Shown here one piece after another: positions 63,535 through 64,000 of a stretch of DNA of 64,000 nt. The stretch is taken from contig JBLDXI010000062.1 of the NCBI GenBank assembly GCA_047495785.1, positions 1-64,000 on the forward strand, read 5' to 3'. A program made the position numbers and the translations under genes. The DNA is from Lepidodermella squamata (taxonomy: Eukaryota; Animalia; Gastrotricha). A model generated the notes under the pieces. It saw only the letters and a list, made by a program, of their open reading frames with translations. It was not told the origin of the DNA and searched no databases. Numbering within the stretch: position 1 is the stretch's first letter; each line of letters begins with the position of its first letter.

Positions 63535-64000
63535 AACTTGGACTGTGGAACGGCTACGGAATTGCCAGTAGGCCGTACGAGTTTCAGTTAGCGGTAGATG
63601 AGTCAGAGTGCGAGGTGTTCTTCGGGGTAGAGTCGTGGTTCAAGGCAGCCACGCAGATAGAGTTGCCTGGTTTCAAGTTGTTCACCTTCAACCAGGTGGT
63701 CGACGGAATCGAGGCGGGCAGACGGGGTTTAGCAGCCTGGGTGAAAGAGGGCCTTGAGGTCGTCCGACAGCGGAACGGCACAGGCGAGAACGTAGAGTGG
63801 ATGGCGTTAGATGTAGCATGCTCGGGTCAGGAGACGGTGACTTTTGTTACGGTCTACGTCCCTAACGGCGAGCGGGCCTTCGATGCAACATTCCTACGAG
63901 AACTGGCGTTGCACGGGCCGGTGGTGGTTTGTGGTGATTTCAACTGTCACCATAGGCGACTGTGGGCAGGAGATAAGCGGGACAACGGGGCAGGTAGAGA
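63519..64000 (+). CDS. LINE ORF2 N-terminus: AP endonuclease domain (partial; not in ORF track)
   Basis: Hand translation MPKAVKLGLWNGYG...FFGVESWF...GRRGLAAWVK...TVYVP...VVCGDFNCHHRRLW; ATG overlaps ORF1 end by 16 nt. Confidence 0.93.
   Translation, partial: MPKAVKLGLWNGYGIASRPYEFQLAVDESECEVFFGVESWFKAATQIELPGFKLFTFNQVVDGIEAGRRGLAAWVKEGLEVVRQRNGTGENVEWMALDVACSGQETVTFVTVYVPNGERAFDATFLRELALHGPVVVCGDFNCHHRRLWAGDKRDNGAGR

Larger units (their letters stand above)
58417..64000 (+). mobile_element. Two-ORF non-LTR retrotransposon (I/Jockey/R1-group architecture) beginning in the intergenic spacer; cut by window end
   Basis: Spacer identity ends at CACTTCGACTG (58416); gag-like ORF1 followed by overlapping APE ORF2. 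Confidence 0.9.

Noticed and set aside
58470-63781. Antisense ORFs (218, 250, 162 aa and others) within the spacer LINE, and similar ones within the 3.7-kb element
   Set aside because: Shadow frames of long sense ORFs and in-frame repeats

Overview
Eukaryotic (metazoan, probably protostome) ribosomal DNA tandem array. The uninterrupted unit is 8,459 bp (18S-ITS1-5.8S-ITS2-28S on the minus strand), with a 5S rRNA gene in each spacer on the opposite strand. Three retroelements interrupt it. (1) A 3.7-kb single-ORF APE-RT non-LTR element with RTE-clade-like motifs and three C-terminal C2H2 fingers sits in 28S next to the peptidyl-transferase centre (AAAAGTT^ACCACAGGGATAAC), not at the R1/R2 sites. 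(2) A 395-bp non-coding element sits at the same 28S position in another unit. Its 5' end forms an HDV-like self-cleaving ribozyme whose P1 helix is completed by the flanking 28S sequence GTTACC. (3) A two-ORF LINE starts in the intergenic spacer and runs off the window. Its 1,669-aa ORF1 has a repetitive, hydrophobic ~990-aa leader separated from the gag-like part by a ubiquitin-type VLRLRGG motif. Elements 1 and 2 together are the main candidate for an undescribed system: a 28S-site-specific RTE-like LINE plus a ribozyme-bearing non-autonomous parasite of the same site. The first ~16.5 kb is indel-rich, contains a 9.85-kb fold-back inversion, and ends at a sequence matching PacBio barcode bc1003, so it is probably an assembly or amplification artefact. 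Nearly all short ORFs in the track are spurious rRNA or spacer translations.
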